From an uncultured Acidobacteriota bacterium (GTDB lineage Bacteria > Acidobacteriota > UBA6911 > RPQK01 > JAPXNP01), in NCBI GenBank assembly GCA_963777605.1, contig CAVZRV010000027.1, forward strand, positions 480,001 to 544,000: a stretch of DNA of 64,000 bases, given 5' to 3'. A program made the position numbers and the translations under genes. Of the stretch, positions 21,033-31,017 are shown piece after piece (the stretch's first letter is position 1; each line of letters begins with the position of its first letter). The notes beneath the pieces were generated by a model. That model was given only the letters and a program-made list of their open reading frames with translations. It was not told where the DNA came from and searched no databases.

Positions 21033-21500
21033 TCAGACCTCGCAAAGGCGTTCGAGATCCAGCAGCAACTTGGCTTTCCCGTCAACCTTGCCGATCCCAA
21101 GCAGATAGTCGCAACTCAGAGTCTGATCTTTTTCGATATCCTCGTCGGCGATATCGAGCACGTCCGAAACCCGGTCCACGAGTAATCCGGTTTCCATCCC
21201 GTCCACCCGTACGAAGATGATGCAGGACTCCTCGGTTGCTTCCTGGCTCTCCATTCCGAACCGCAGGCGGGTATCGATAACCGGAAGAATCTTTCCTCGA
21301 AGGTTCACCAGTCCCCGGATGTAGTGATTCGTGTTCGGAACTCGGGTAATCGGCAACAATCCGATGATTTCCTGGACCTTCAGAATCTCCGCACCGTACT
21401 GTTCGGATCCCAGAGAGAAAGTCAGAAAACTCCGGACTTCCCTTTCAACAGCAGCATCGGTCTCGACAGTTGACTTTGCAATAGCCATGTTCACCCTCAT
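21033..21500 (-). CDS. cheW: Chemotaxis adaptor CheW
   Basis: FLTFSLGSEQYG, GLVNLRGKILPVID. Confidence 0.94.
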   Translation of the reverse strand: MRVNMAIAKSTVETDAAVEREVRSFLTFSLGSEQYGAEILKVQEIIGLLPITRVPNTNHYIRGLVNLRGKILPVIDTRLRFGMESQEATEESCIIFVRVDGMETGLLVDRVSDVLDIADEDIEKDQTLSCDYLLGIGKVDGKAKLLLDLERLCEV

Positions 21501-21518
21501 CTCTCGTGATATTGCACG

Positions 21519-23786
21519 CTAGACTGCGGCACTAAGATAGGAATCGGCGGTTGCTTCCGTCGCCCCGAATTCGTGGCGCGCCAGCTTCGCGGTTTCACTT
21601 CCGTCCAGGATCAGTCCCACCCGGCCGTCTCCGAGAATCGCAGCCCCGGAAATTCCGCGCACCTTGCCGATCCCTTTACCCAGCGACTTGGCAACGACCT
21701 GCTGCTGTCCGAGGAGTTCGTCGACCAGCAAGCCGTACTTCGTGTCACCGACCGCAACAATGACGAGGAGTCCCCTGGTAGGATCCGTGGTCGAACCCTC
21801 AATGCTGAGCAGCCGGTGGAGGCGGTAAAGCGGGAGGAGTTCTCCCCTCATCATCACCATTTCCCCCTTTCCGGCAACCGTGGACAGTTGTTCGCGCCGG
21901 GGCTGGAACGTCTTCACGATATTAACGGTCGGAATGATGTAGCGTTCTTCACCAACCTGGACCAACATCCCGTCCGTAATCGCCATGGTCAGCGGAAGGA
22001 TCATCTTGAAAGAGCAGCCCTTGCCGGGCTCCGAAAAGATGTCCACCCGGCCCTGCAGCATCTCGATGTTCCGCCGCACAACGTCCATCCCGACGCCCCG
22101 GCCCGAGACGTCAGTCACCTGTTCCGCAGTCGAAAACCCAGGGCGAAAGATCAGGTTGTAAATCTCACTGTCCGACATTCCAGTGGCGGATTCGATCAGG
22201 CCGGATTTCACGGCTTTGTCGATAATCCTTTGCTTGTTCAAACCCTTGCCGTCGTCCCGCAGCTCAACCACGACGCTTCCGCCACTGTGGTGGGCGGAAA
22301 GCGTTACCGTGCCTTCCTCCGTCTTGCCGGCGGCGAGCCTATCCTGAGGGGTCTCGATTCCGTGATCAACAGCGTTTCGAACCATGTGAACGAGCGGATC
22401 ACGGATGACATCGACCATGTTCCGGTCGATTTCCGTATCCTCCCCAAAGGTCTCCAGGAGGACTTTCTTCCCCCCCTTTGCGGCAAGATCGCGAACCAGG
22501 CGGGCAACCTTCTGAAAAGCCGGCTTCAAGGGAACCATGCGCAGCGACATCGACAGATCCTGCAACTCGCGAACGATCTTCCCCACCTGCGAGGTCTTGC
22601 GAGCCAGATCCTGGTGCCGCCCATCCCGTACCGTCCCGTCCTGGGCCACCATGGATTGAGAGATCACTAATTCTCCAACCATGTCGATCAAGCGATCGAG
22701 CCGGTCAGTCCGGACACGAACCGAAGAGTCACTGACCGATTCCGATGGTGATGAGATGCGTTTTTGAGTTCGGAGAGCCTGGGCAACGACGGACGATTTG
22801 ACCTTCCCGGCTTTAACCAGGCTCGTTCCCAAAGGCGTCCCTTTTCCCTCTGCTGCTACAGTTTCCACGTCATCACGATCGACGCAGCCCTGCGAGACGA
22901 GCAGATCGCCCAGTCGAGGAACACTGTCCCCGGGATCGGACTTTTCAGAAACCCCGGCACGATTGGGATCCTTCAATATTTCACAGAGATCATCGTAGCC
23001 GGCCGGCTTGATCATCGAGTCTCCGGTCAGGGCGGAGTCAACTTCCCCGATCAACTCCTTGATGATGTCTACTGAACGCAGCGAAAGGTCGGCATAACCG
23101 CCAGAGTAGCGAATTTCACCGTCGCGGATTCGGCTCAGCAAGGACTCCGCCAGGTGGGCCATCTCCTTGATGGGAGGCAGACCAAGAAACCCCGAAGTCC
23201 CCTTGATCGTGTGGAATGCCCGAAACACGGTGTTCACCGATTCCTTGTCGTCCGGGTCAACCTCGAGTGCAAGGAGCGAAGCCTCCGCTGCCTCAATCAA
23301 TTCGAGCGACTCGGTTACGAAATCCTTGAGGAGGTCAAGATCGGCGTCTGCCGGTAGTTGATCCGGGAACGGGTACTCTTTGGCATCAGCCTCAGGAGTG
23401 GGATTCGAGTCTCCCTGCGACACCCTTGCCTGAGCTTCAGGTGGCGCCGACGGTGAAGCCGGCTCTCCTGCAAACGCCTGCATTCGAATCTCAATCGCTC
23501 GCTCGACGAGGCCGGTTACCGCCCCAAGAACGGCCGCTCCATCCCCGGGCTTGCCGTAGAGCAACTCATCCAACTTGAAAAGAGCCTCAGCAGAAAGGTT
23601 CCGGATTTCCTCGTCAGCTTCCGAATTCCGTGCCAACTCGAGCAACTCCTCGCGGACTTCCTCGAGTTCCTGCGTATCTTCAGCCCCAAATTGCAGGAGC
23701 CGCGCCGCCAGATCGTTCAGGCGGGAAGACAGGGCATCCGTTTCAGGATTGAGCTGAGCTCCTTCTGACTTCTTCATATTGTCCAT
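21519..23786 (-). CDS. cheA: Chemotaxis histidine kinase CheA
   Basis: Hpt FHTIKG, dimerisation domain, HATPase (RNAVDHG, DDGKG, GRGVGMD), CheW domain; start placed at ATG 23786. Confidence 0.96.
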   Translation of the reverse strand: MDNMKKSEGAQLNPETDALSSRLNDLAARLLQFGAEDTQELEEVREELLELARNSEADEEIRNLSAEALFKLDELLYGKPGDGAAVLGAVTGLVERAIEIRMQAFAGEPASPSAPPEAQARVSQGDSNPTPEADAKEYPFPDQLPADADLDLLKDFVTESLELIEAAEASLLALEVDPDDKESVNTVFRAFHTIKGTSGFLGLPPIKEMAHLAESLLSRIRDGEIRYSGGYADLSLRSVDIIKELIGEVDSALTGDSMIKPAGYDDLCEILKDPNRAGVSEKSDPGDSVPRLGDLLVSQGCVDRDDVETVAAEGKGTPLGTSLVKAGKVKSSVVAQALRTQKRISSPSESVSDSSVRVRTDRLDRLIDMVGELVISQSMVAQDGTVRDGRHQDLARKTSQVGKIVRELQDLSMSLRMVPLKPAFQKVARLVRDLAAKGGKKVLLETFGEDTEIDRNMVDVIRDPLVHMVRNAVDHGIETPQDRLAAGKTEEGTVTLSAHHSGGSVVVELRDDGKGLNKQRIIDKAVKSGLIESATGMSDSEIYNLIFRPGFSTAEQVTDVSGRGVGMDVVRRNIEMLQGRVDIFSEPGKGCSFKMILPLTMAITDGMLVQVGEERYIIPTVNIVKTFQPRREQLSTVAGKGEMVMMRGELLPLYRLHRLLSIEGSTTDPTRGLLVIVAVGDTKYGLLVDELLGQQQVVAKSLGKGIGKVRGISGAAILGDGRVGLILDGSETAKLARHEFGATEATADSYLSAAV

Positions 23787-23843
23787 TTTGCCTGACCTTG
23801 CGTTATTCAGTGCTCGCGTTGAGCGGTTCCCGCCCAAGTCCAA

Positions 23844-24308
23844 TCAGGATCTTCCGTTGGCCTTGATGACGGAGAGGACGATCCCTTTTCCTTCACAGAG
23901 CATCGACTGGGTGACTACTCGCTGACCCTGAATTATGTCCATCGAGTAGTCCGAACCCTCAATGATGCAGGGCAGAGTGAGAGTGGAATGACCGGGAAGA
24001 CAGGTCTTGAAATTCCCGGCAATCATATTGGTCAGTTCGCCGACCACATCCTTTACAACTTCATCCACCGCGGGGGGAGGAGAAGAGCCCATCATCACCC
24101 CTGTAAGATGACACGCAGTCACCGTGCCACACTCAAGTACGACGGCGCCATTCCACTCGCCGCTAATACCCACGGCAGCTGAGACTTTTCTCTCCGGCGG
24201 GAAATCGGGGGGCCTGTCACCGTTGATCGAGGCCAACTGCAGGCCAAGCATCGAACTGAAAACTTGCTGAACTGAACGAGTCAGTTCGCCGCCATCAATC
24301 GTTATCAT
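23844..24308 (-). CDS. cheX: Chemotaxis phosphatase CheX
   Basis: DVVGELTNMIAGNFK, LTLPCIIEG. Confidence 0.88.
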   Translation of the reverse strand: MITIDGGELTRSVQQVFSSMLGLQLASINGDRPPDFPPERKVSAAVGISGEWNGAVVLECGTVTACHLTGVMMGSSPPPAVDEVVKDVVGELTNMIAGNFKTCLPGHSTLTLPCIIEGSDYSMDIIQGQRVVTQSMLCEGKGIVLSVIKANGRS

Positions 24309-24375
24309 CGCTCTATTGCTCCCTTCAATGGTGCTGTGTCAACATCGCCAGCTCTTGCTCATCAGAGGCGGTCAC

Positions 24376-25122
24376 CTACGCCCCTCCTTCAACTGACTTC
24401 GTTAATGACTCTTTGTCGAAAGGTTTGAAAAGTACTTCCGAGAACCCTAGCGACTGAGGGTCCGCGAGTTCATCCACGTTCGATTTCGTGGTTAGGCATA
24501 CGAACCTGGAAGAGGCCAGAGCACTTTCATTCTTGAGGAGATTCAAAACACCAACAGCATCCGTCTGAAAATCCAGTAGAACCACATCGGGAGAGTGCTG
24601 ACTGGCCAACTGAAGTGCCTTCTCCGGATGAGTTGTGGTCACGACCTCGGCAACACCGGCCAAAAACCTTCGAGCCACAACAAGTACACTCTCGTTGTCA
24701 TCGACAACGAGCACCTTCTTAAGGCCACTCTTCTCTCCGTTCCCAGCCGAACCTTTCGGGTCGAACTGGAGAATCTTGGCCACCTTTTTGACAAGGAGCT
24801 CTTCCTCGAAAGGTTTCACGATGTAATCAGAAATCCCGAGCTTAATCAGTTCCAGAACCAGTTTTTGACTCGATTCCGCAGTCAACATCAAGACCTTTAA
24901 TTGCTTGTTAGCCGGGTCGCTGCGAAGTGCCCGAAGCATGTCGGGCCCATCCATGATCGGCATGTTCACATCCAGAATAATCAAGTCAGGATTCTCAGCT
25001 TTTGCGGCCTCCAGGCCTGCCTGACCGTCAGCCGCCTCAACGATCTGAAGACCTAAGTTTGAGAGGTACTTCCGTACCAGAGTTCGGATCATGCGACTGT
25101 CGTCAACCGTCAATATCTTCAT
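24376..25122 (-). CDS. Tandem REC-REC response regulator
   Basis: Two receiver domains, each with DD, D, T and KPF residues. Confidence 0.88.
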   Translation of the reverse strand: MKILTVDDSRMIRTLVRKYLSNLGLQIVEAADGQAGLEAAKAENPDLIILDVNMPIMDGPDMLRALRSDPANKQLKVLMLTAESSQKLVLELIKLGISDYIVKPFEEELLVKKVAKILQFDPKGSAGNGEKSGLKKVLVVDDNESVLVVARRFLAGVAEVVTTTHPEKALQLASQHSPDVVLLDFQTDAVGVLNLLKNESALASSRFVCLTTKSNVDELADPQSLGFSEVLFKPFDKESLTKSVEGGA

Positions 25123-25164
25123 GCTTCCTCCGTGTTGCTCGAAACGGTCGAATTGCCGATGTGT

Positions 25165-25191
25165 ATATCGGACGATTCCTCAAAATGCTTA
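25165..25191 (-). promoter_or_regulatory. Sigma28 promoter (proximal) of the chemotaxis operon
   Basis: Minus strand TAAG-N15-TCCGATAT. Confidence 0.65.
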
Positions 25192-25409
25192 TAGGCGCGC
25201 GAGCTTTCTCTGCTTCTATCTTCAATTCCACGGCTGACTTGTAGGGATTTTCCTATCTGTTTTCCTACCTGCAGAACAGGGCGAGGATAGAGATCTTCGC
25301 GAGAGGGATGGTTAGGCGGGGCTGATCGTAGCGGGTTTCTTTCTTAGGAGGGCTTTTTTGGAGAGGTTTTTTCCATCAGCCCCGACCTTACCACTTCATC
25401 CAACTCAGG

Positions 25410-25437
25410 TTATCGGCAGGTCTCCTCAATCCTTTAG
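25410..25437 (-). promoter_or_regulatory. Sigma28 promoter (distal, consensus)
   Basis: Minus strand CTAAAG...; TAAA-N15-GCCGATAA, an exact match to the FliA consensus. Confidence 0.85.
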
Positions 25438-25670
25438 TGTTAAGAGACGATTTGATCAAAGAAACAGGCCGATATCCTGGATTTATGCTCACGAGCTACC
25501 ATCCAGGCGGAGCAACCGTCCTAATGAAGGGGGCAAATTCGGTCGAAATAGTTGTCGGAATCTTAGGAAATCAATCGGGAGCCTCCCGGCGCTGATTTTG
25601 GGTATCGAGACCGGAAAGTGGGGAGCCGGAGAACGAGGATCCGGCAGTTGAGGCTGGAAGCTGGCAATAT

Positions 25671-27788
25671 ATGGAAACGTTTCCACAGCAGTTCATCAAC
25701 CATCTCAAGAACCTGGACACGGTTCCCTCCGTTGCGATCCGGGTGATCGAGGCCACGCGTAGGGCTGACTCCGACAGCGAGGAAATCGGCACGTTGGTCG
25801 AGAGTGACCCGGCGCTGAGCGCCAAGGTACTGAGAACCGCCAATTCAGCCTGGCTCGGCTGCTCCGGCAAGATCGCATCACTACCCCGGGCGATGACTCT
25901 CCTTGGAGTAGACATGGTGCGATGCATCGCACTGTCCGTAGTCATCTCCAAGCTCTTTCTCGAAAGAAGCCCCACCGGGGCAAGAGAGCGATTCACTCTG
26001 CTTTGGCAGCACAGCCTGGCCTGTGGAATCGGCAACGAGTTGTTGGCGGAGAAACTGCGTACCGGTGATCCCAAGGCGGCCTTCATCACCGGTCTTATCC
26101 ACGACATCGGCAAGTTCATCTTTCTCCAGTGGAACTCGGAACTCTACCTCGAACTCCTGGCTGCCGCCGAGGAATCGATGACACCACTCCACATTCTGGA
26201 ACGGAAGATGATCGACACCGACCATCCAACGGTGGGGGGACTGCTCCTCGATACCTGGGGATTCCCCGAGAAGTTGCGTTTTCCCGTTTCAGAGCATCAT
26301 CGTGACATGCGAACCTTGTCCGACGCCCCGATGGCCAGACACCTGCTCACTCTGAAGGCAGCCAACGCACTGGCTCATCTGGTGCGTCTCGGGGCCAGCG
26401 GCAATCCCAAGCCTGAATTCACGCTCTCCGTCTTACCGCGCGTCATCGGAGTCAGTGCCGAGGACGTGTTCCAACTGGGACAGGAGCTCCTGTGCCGTTT
26501 CGAAGAGCGGGCCGCTCTGTTTGACCTTGAAGGCTCGACCCCGGAACTCTTTTTGAAGACGGCATTCAGAGCCAACGAAGAACTTTCCCGCAGACTGGAA
26601 GAGCTCGAAATCCAGGAGCGCATCCGCTTCAATGCCCAATCCACGCTGGGCCTTCGGGAACAGCAACTGGATCGCGCAAAGCGGTTCGAGGCGGTCGGGC
26701 ACATAGCCGAGTCAGTCGCCCACGACTTCAATAACTTGCTGACGGTAATCAAAGGCCACGTGGAAATGGCCTCAGGAATCACTCCAGGCGACTCGCCGAT
26801 CGACATGCATCTGCGGGAAATCGAATCCGCAACCTCCCGAGCGGCGGCCCTGACCGAGCAGATCCTCACCTTCCGGAAGCGACAAAACCTGAGGCCCCAA
26901 CCGCTCAGTTTCAACCAGGAACTGGAAGCGATGCAGACGATTCTGGAGCGCTTGCTTGGGCCGCAGATTGAACTCGAATGCGAGGCTGACCCACGCTTGG
27001 GTCCAATTCTGGCGGATCCCGGGCAGATCGGCCAACTCCTGGTCAACGTGGCGCTTCACACTCGCGAAGCACTGCCTGCCGGGGGGACTCTGCGAATTCA
27101 CACATCTCAACATTCTGAAGCCGTTCCCGATGGCAACCGCGAAGCCAAGAGAACCGAGTTCGCGGTCGTGCAACTGTGCCTCGATTCAGCGGCTTCTGAT
27201 GCAGGCTCTGGAGAAATGCCGGTCGAACGGACCACCAGCGCGTACGAGGATGCCTCTGAAAATGGCACTCAGCTGGAGACACTTCTCACGGGAGTCAAAC
27301 AACTCGGAGGAGTCGGGCAAGTTACCACGGGGCAGGGCCACACCATGGTGATTGGGATGCGGTTCCCCGTCCTCGAAAATGATGCCGCCCATTCCATCCC
27401 GGGAGGGAAGGCTGATCCTTTCCGCTCCCTGGGGATTCTGTTGGTTGACGACGAGGTCAGCATTTTGAGACTCCTTGAGAGATCTCTGTCGAACGCTGGA
27501 TTCAAGGTGTTTGCGGCCGATCAGCCAGAAGTAGCAGAAGAGATTTTCCAAGCGAACTCACACCAGATCGACCTGCTTTTGAGCGATGTGGTCATGCCGC
27601 GGATGGGCGGAATGGAACTGTACGGCCGCCTTTTGGAGGCCAATCCCAACCTCAAGGTACTCTTCATCTCCGGGTACTCCCGTGAACTCGAAGAATCCAG
27701 CCCCGGAGTTCCCTTCCTTGAAAAGCCATTTACACCACGAAAGCTGGTGGACATGGTGAAGAGCGTCCTGCTCGACCAATCCCAGTAG
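25671..27788 (+). CDS. HDOD-HisKA-degenerate HATPase-REC hybrid protein
   Basis: HDOD (DPALSAKVLRTANS, WQHS, LIHDIGK), H-box AHDFNNLL, eroded N/G boxes, C-terminal REC (VDDE, SDVVMP, SGY, KPF). Confidence 0.85.
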   Translation: METFPQQFINHLKNLDTVPSVAIRVIEATRRADSDSEEIGTLVESDPALSAKVLRTANSAWLGCSGKIASLPRAMTLLGVDMVRCIALSVVISKLFLERSPTGARERFTLLWQHSLACGIGNELLAEKLRTGDPKAAFITGLIHDIGKFIFLQWNSELYLELLAAAEESMTPLHILERKMIDTDHPTVGGLLLDTWGFPEKLRFPVSEHHRDMRTLSDAPMARHLLTLKAANALAHLVRLGASGNPKPEFTLSVLPRVIGVSAEDVFQLGQELLCRFEERAALFDLEGSTPELFLKTAFRANEELSRRLEELEIQERIRFNAQSTLGLREQQLDRAKRFEAVGHIAESVAHDFNNLLTVIKGHVEMASGITPGDSPIDMHLREIESATSRAAALTEQILTFRKRQNLRPQPLSFNQELEAMQTILERLLGPQIELECEADPRLGPILADPGQIGQLLVNVALHTREALPAGGTLRIHTSQHSEAVPDGNREAKRTEFAVVQLCLDSAASDAGSGEMPVERTTSAYEDASENGTQLETLLTGVKQLGGVGQVTTGQGHTMVIGMRFPVLENDAAHSIPGGKADPFRSLGILLVDDEVSILRLLERSLSNAGFKVFAADQPEVAEEIFQANSHQIDLLLSDVVMPRMGGMELYGRLLEANPNLKVLFISGYSRELEESSPGVPFLEKPFTPRKLVDMVKSVLLDQSQ

Positions 27789-27943
27789 TCGAAGACCACT
27801 CAATTGACATAAAGGAGAGCCAGGCGTTTCCCTGAAGTTGGTCTCAACGTTGGGACAGTCGGGAGGAAACTCGGGGGCGGGTGCGGGTTTTGCGTTCCGT
27901 CGGGGAAGCGAAGTATCATGCTTGCCAGTACTGGAGTAGCGGA

Positions 27944-28822
27944 ATGAATCTTTCCGGGCCAAGCAACGATACCGCGGCAAACCACTCTTCGGAGTCGGGG
28001 GATGCGGTACAGAGCGAACTGGAACGCTTTGTCGGGAACATGGGTTCCCTGCCCAGTCTGCCATCCCTGTACCTCCAGTTGACGGAGGAGTTGCGGTCCC
28101 CTGACGTCTCGGCAGTTCGAATCGCCCAGATCATCTCCAAGGATCTGGCCATGACTTCCAAGATCCTTCAGATCGTGAACTCCGCTTATTTCGGTCTGTC
28201 CCGCCAGATCTCGAGCATCGAGCGGGCCATCCTCTTGATGGGCCTGGAGATGCTTCGAAGTTTCGTTCTGTCAGTGGAAGTCTTCTCCATGTTCGAGGCC
28301 AAGAAGATGGCCGGTCTGGCGGTCGCAGGCCTCTGGCGTCACAGCATGAACTGTGCGGCCCTGGCACGCCGGATTGCCGTATCTGAGCGCTTCAACCGGG
28401 ACGGAGTAGATCACATTGCGACCGCAGCCTTCCTCCACGATATCGGCAAGTTAATGATGGCCAACGAGATGCCGGACAAATACCGGGAAGTTTCACGACT
28501 GGTCAAATCGGAGAATCTTGCTTCTTTCGATGCGGAACAGAAGGTCTTCGGGTTCGATCATGCCGAGGCGGGTGGGTATCTCCTGAGCCGCTGGAAGCTC
28601 CCGAAAGCTGTCGTGCAACCGGTCCGCTGGCACCACGCCCCGGCCGGCGCCAACGACGAAACAGTCCCCGCTGTCACTGTAGTTCACGTAACCGACTGCC
28701 TGGAGCACGAAGTGAACGAGGCTCCCTCGGTGGCAAATGCCGTTCCGGATCAGGAGTTCCTGGCCGCCGTCTCAGCAACTTCGTCGCTGGAGCGCTGGCG
28801 GGACTTTGCCAGAAATCCATAA
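27944..28822 (+). CDS. HDOD domain protein
   Basis: LPSLPSLY, DLAMTSKILQIVNSAYFG, WRHS, LHDIGK, WKLP; start placed at ATG 27944. Confidence 0.88.
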   Translation: MNLSGPSNDTAANHSSESGDAVQSELERFVGNMGSLPSLPSLYLQLTEELRSPDVSAVRIAQIISKDLAMTSKILQIVNSAYFGLSRQISSIERAILLMGLEMLRSFVLSVEVFSMFEAKKMAGLAVAGLWRHSMNCAALARRIAVSERFNRDGVDHIATAAFLHDIGKLMMANEMPDKYREVSRLVKSENLASFDAEQKVFGFDHAEAGGYLLSRWKLPKAVVQPVRWHHAPAGANDETVPAVTVVHVTDCLEHEVNEAPSVANAVPDQEFLAAVSATSSLERWRDFARNP

Positions 28823-29056
28823 TTCCGTTCCTCCGCTCTTTCAGTGACTGAGGCGAGGCATTTCTGCGACTCATTCTGAGCGGCGAGGCAATAAGTCCCG
28901 GCGACAATCAGCTGACGCCGCCGACAGTAGAATGCCGGAACGGGACCGTGTCCCTGACCCGACTGGGGCAAAATATCAGACGAATCAACCACTTCGGAAC
29001 AGGGAAAAGTGGGCATTTCAGCTTTCCTGAGCCAGTTTTCCTCATTGTCGCCCCAC

Positions 29057-29072
29057 TGGCATGCTTCATGCT
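29057..29072 (+). promoter_or_regulatory. Candidate sigma54 promoter
   Basis: TGGCATG-CTTC-ATGCT in an intergenic region just upstream of a small ORF. Confidence 0.5.
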
Positions 29073-29088
29073 TCTAATGAAAGGTATT

Positions 29089-29304
29089 ATGACAAAGAAG
29101 TACCTGGTGGTCACCAAGGTGGACGGAAAGCTCACGATGCTGTCATTCAGTTCAAACTCCTCGCAGGAGAGCGAACTGGAAAGCGAATGCGGACAAATGC
29201 TGGCCGAGCTCTTCACCGGCCACCGACTCGACGAGTACTTCGTCCAACCCTGGCCGATTTCCGGGGATCTCGACGGAGCACGGCAACCGCGATCCCAAGT
29301 CTAA
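29089..29304 (+). CDS. Small hypothetical protein (71 aa)
   Basis: MTKKYLVVTKVDGKLTML..., GAAAGG RBS, protein-like composition. Confidence 0.6.
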   Translation: MTKKYLVVTKVDGKLTMLSFSSNSSQESELESECGQMLAELFTGHRLDEYFVQPWPISGDLDGARQPRSQV

Positions 29305-29318
29305 TTGGCCGGAGGCGA

Positions 29319-30968
29319 TCATTCCAGCCGGCTTGAATCAAAAGCCTGCTGGACGATCTCGCGAGCTTCCTCTTGGATTTGGCGAAGATGGTCCTTTCCA
29401 AGGAAACTTTCGGCGTAAAGCTTGTACACGTCCTCGGTACCTGAAGGACGAGCTGCGAACCACCCATTCTCGGTGACTACCTTGAGTCCCCCGATTTCCG
29501 CCTGGTTACCAGGAGCGCGGGTGAGTTTGCCGAGGATTTTCTCTCCCGCCAGCCGATCTGCCGCGACCTGCTCGGGAGACAGCCCCTTCAGAATCTGCTT
29601 CTGTTCTCTTGATGCCGGAGTGTCAATGCGCTCGTAACAGGGAGAGCCAAATCTCTCCTCTAAATCCGAGTAGTGGCGGCTTGGATCTTTCCCGGTAACC
29701 GCAAGAATTTCGGCGGCGAGCAAATCCAGGACAAACCCGTCCTTGTCGGTAGTCCAGGTCGTGCCGTCCAGTCGAAGAAACGAAGCTCCGGCACTCTCTT
29801 CACCTCCGAAGCCAAAACTGCCGTCGGACAACCCTGAGACAAACCATTTAAAGCCGACCGGAACCTCGACGAGGCGTCTCCCCTGGTCTCGAGCGATGCG
29901 ATCAATCATGCTGCTGCTCACCAGGGTTTTCCCAACTGCGGCCTCCCGCGACCATCCCGTTCTGTTCTGGAACAGGTACCAGACGGCCACTGACAGGAAG
30001 TGGTTCGGATTCATTAGACCACCCGAAGGGGTCACGATTCCATGGCGATCGAAGTCCGAGTCGTTGCCGAACGCAACATCAAAACGATCTTTAAGACGGA
30101 TCAACCCGGCCATGGCATACGGCGACGAACAATCCATCCGAATCTTGCCGTCCCAATCCAGCGACATGAAACGGAAGGTCGGGTCCGTCTGCTCGTTGAC
30201 GACAGTGAGGTTGAGGCCATAGCGTTCGGCGATTGGCGCCCAATAGGCCACACCGGCGCCACCCATCGGGTCAGCTCCGATGTTCAACCCTGCATCACGG
30301 ATCCGATCCAGATCCACCACACTGGCCAGATCTTCGACGTAGGCGGATTGGAAATCCGCCCGGTTGACCGATCCCAACGCGCGCGCGTAGGTGATGCGAT
30401 TGACTCCTTCGTTGTGCGAGTTGAGCAATTCGTTGGCACGGCGTTCCACCCAGCCGGTCACCGAGGTATCGGCCGGCCCGCCGTGTGGAGGGTTGTACTT
30501 GAAGCCACCGTCTGTCGGAGGGTTGTGGGAGGGAGTAATCACCACTCCGTCGGCAGCCCCACCTTTCCGGTTCAGGTTGTGCGTGATGATTGCGTGGGAT
30601 ATGACCGGCGTCGGAGTAAATCCTAACTGGGAGTCCACCCAGACATCGACACCGTTCGCCACCAGTACCTCGATCGCAGTGGCATGAGCCGGCTCAGACA
30701 AGGCATGGGTGTCCTTCCCCAGGAACAGTGGCCCATCGATCCCCTGAGACTTCCGGTACTCACAGATGGCCTGGGTAATCGCAAGAATGTGCTCCTCGTT
30801 GAAGGTGCATTCTGCCGCCGAGCCACGATGACCCGAAGTTCCAAATGCTACTCGCTCCCCCGATCGTGAAGCGTCGGGCTTCCGAAGGTAATACTCGCTG
30901 ACTAGCCTGGGGACATTAACGAGAAGCGACTGTGGCGCCGGCTTTCCCGCCAGTTCATTCACACTCAT
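29319..30968 (-). CDS. pgm: Phosphoglucomutase (alpha-D-glucose-1,6-bisphosphate dependent)
   Basis: [38 protein letters not shown]. Confidence 0.95.
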   Translation of the reverse strand: MSVNELAGKPAPQSLLVNVPRLVSEYYLRKPDASRSGERVAFGTSGHRGSAAECTFNEEHILAITQAICEYRKSQGIDGPLFLGKDTHALSEPAHATAIEVLVANGVDVWVDSQLGFTPTPVISHAIITHNLNRKGGAADGVVITPSHNPPTDGGFKYNPPHGGPADTSVTGWVERRANELLNSHNEGVNRITYARALGSVNRADFQSAYVEDLASVVDLDRIRDAGLNIGADPMGGAGVAYWAPIAERYGLNLTVVNEQTDPTFRFMSLDWDGKIRMDCSSPYAMAGLIRLKDRFDVAFGNDSDFDRHGIVTPSGGLMNPNHFLSVAVWYLFQNRTGWSREAAVGKTLVSSSMIDRIARDQGRRLVEVPVGFKWFVSGLSDGSFGFGGEESAGASFLRLDGTTWTTDKDGFVLDLLAAEILAVTGKDPSRHYSDLEERFGSPCYERIDTPASREQKQILKGLSPEQVAADRLAGEKILGKLTRAPGNQAEIGGLKVVTENGWFAARPSGTEDVYKLYAESFLGKDHLRQIQEEAREIVQQAFDSSRLE

Positions 30969-31017
30969 ACCGGGTCTCCATCGATTGAATTGTGGGTTTC
31001 CGACAGTTTCTCACGAA

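Noticed and set aside
25468-25475. Plus-strand GCCGATAT as a sigma28 -10 for the HDOD gene
   Set aside because: No TAAA-like -35 at the proper spacing
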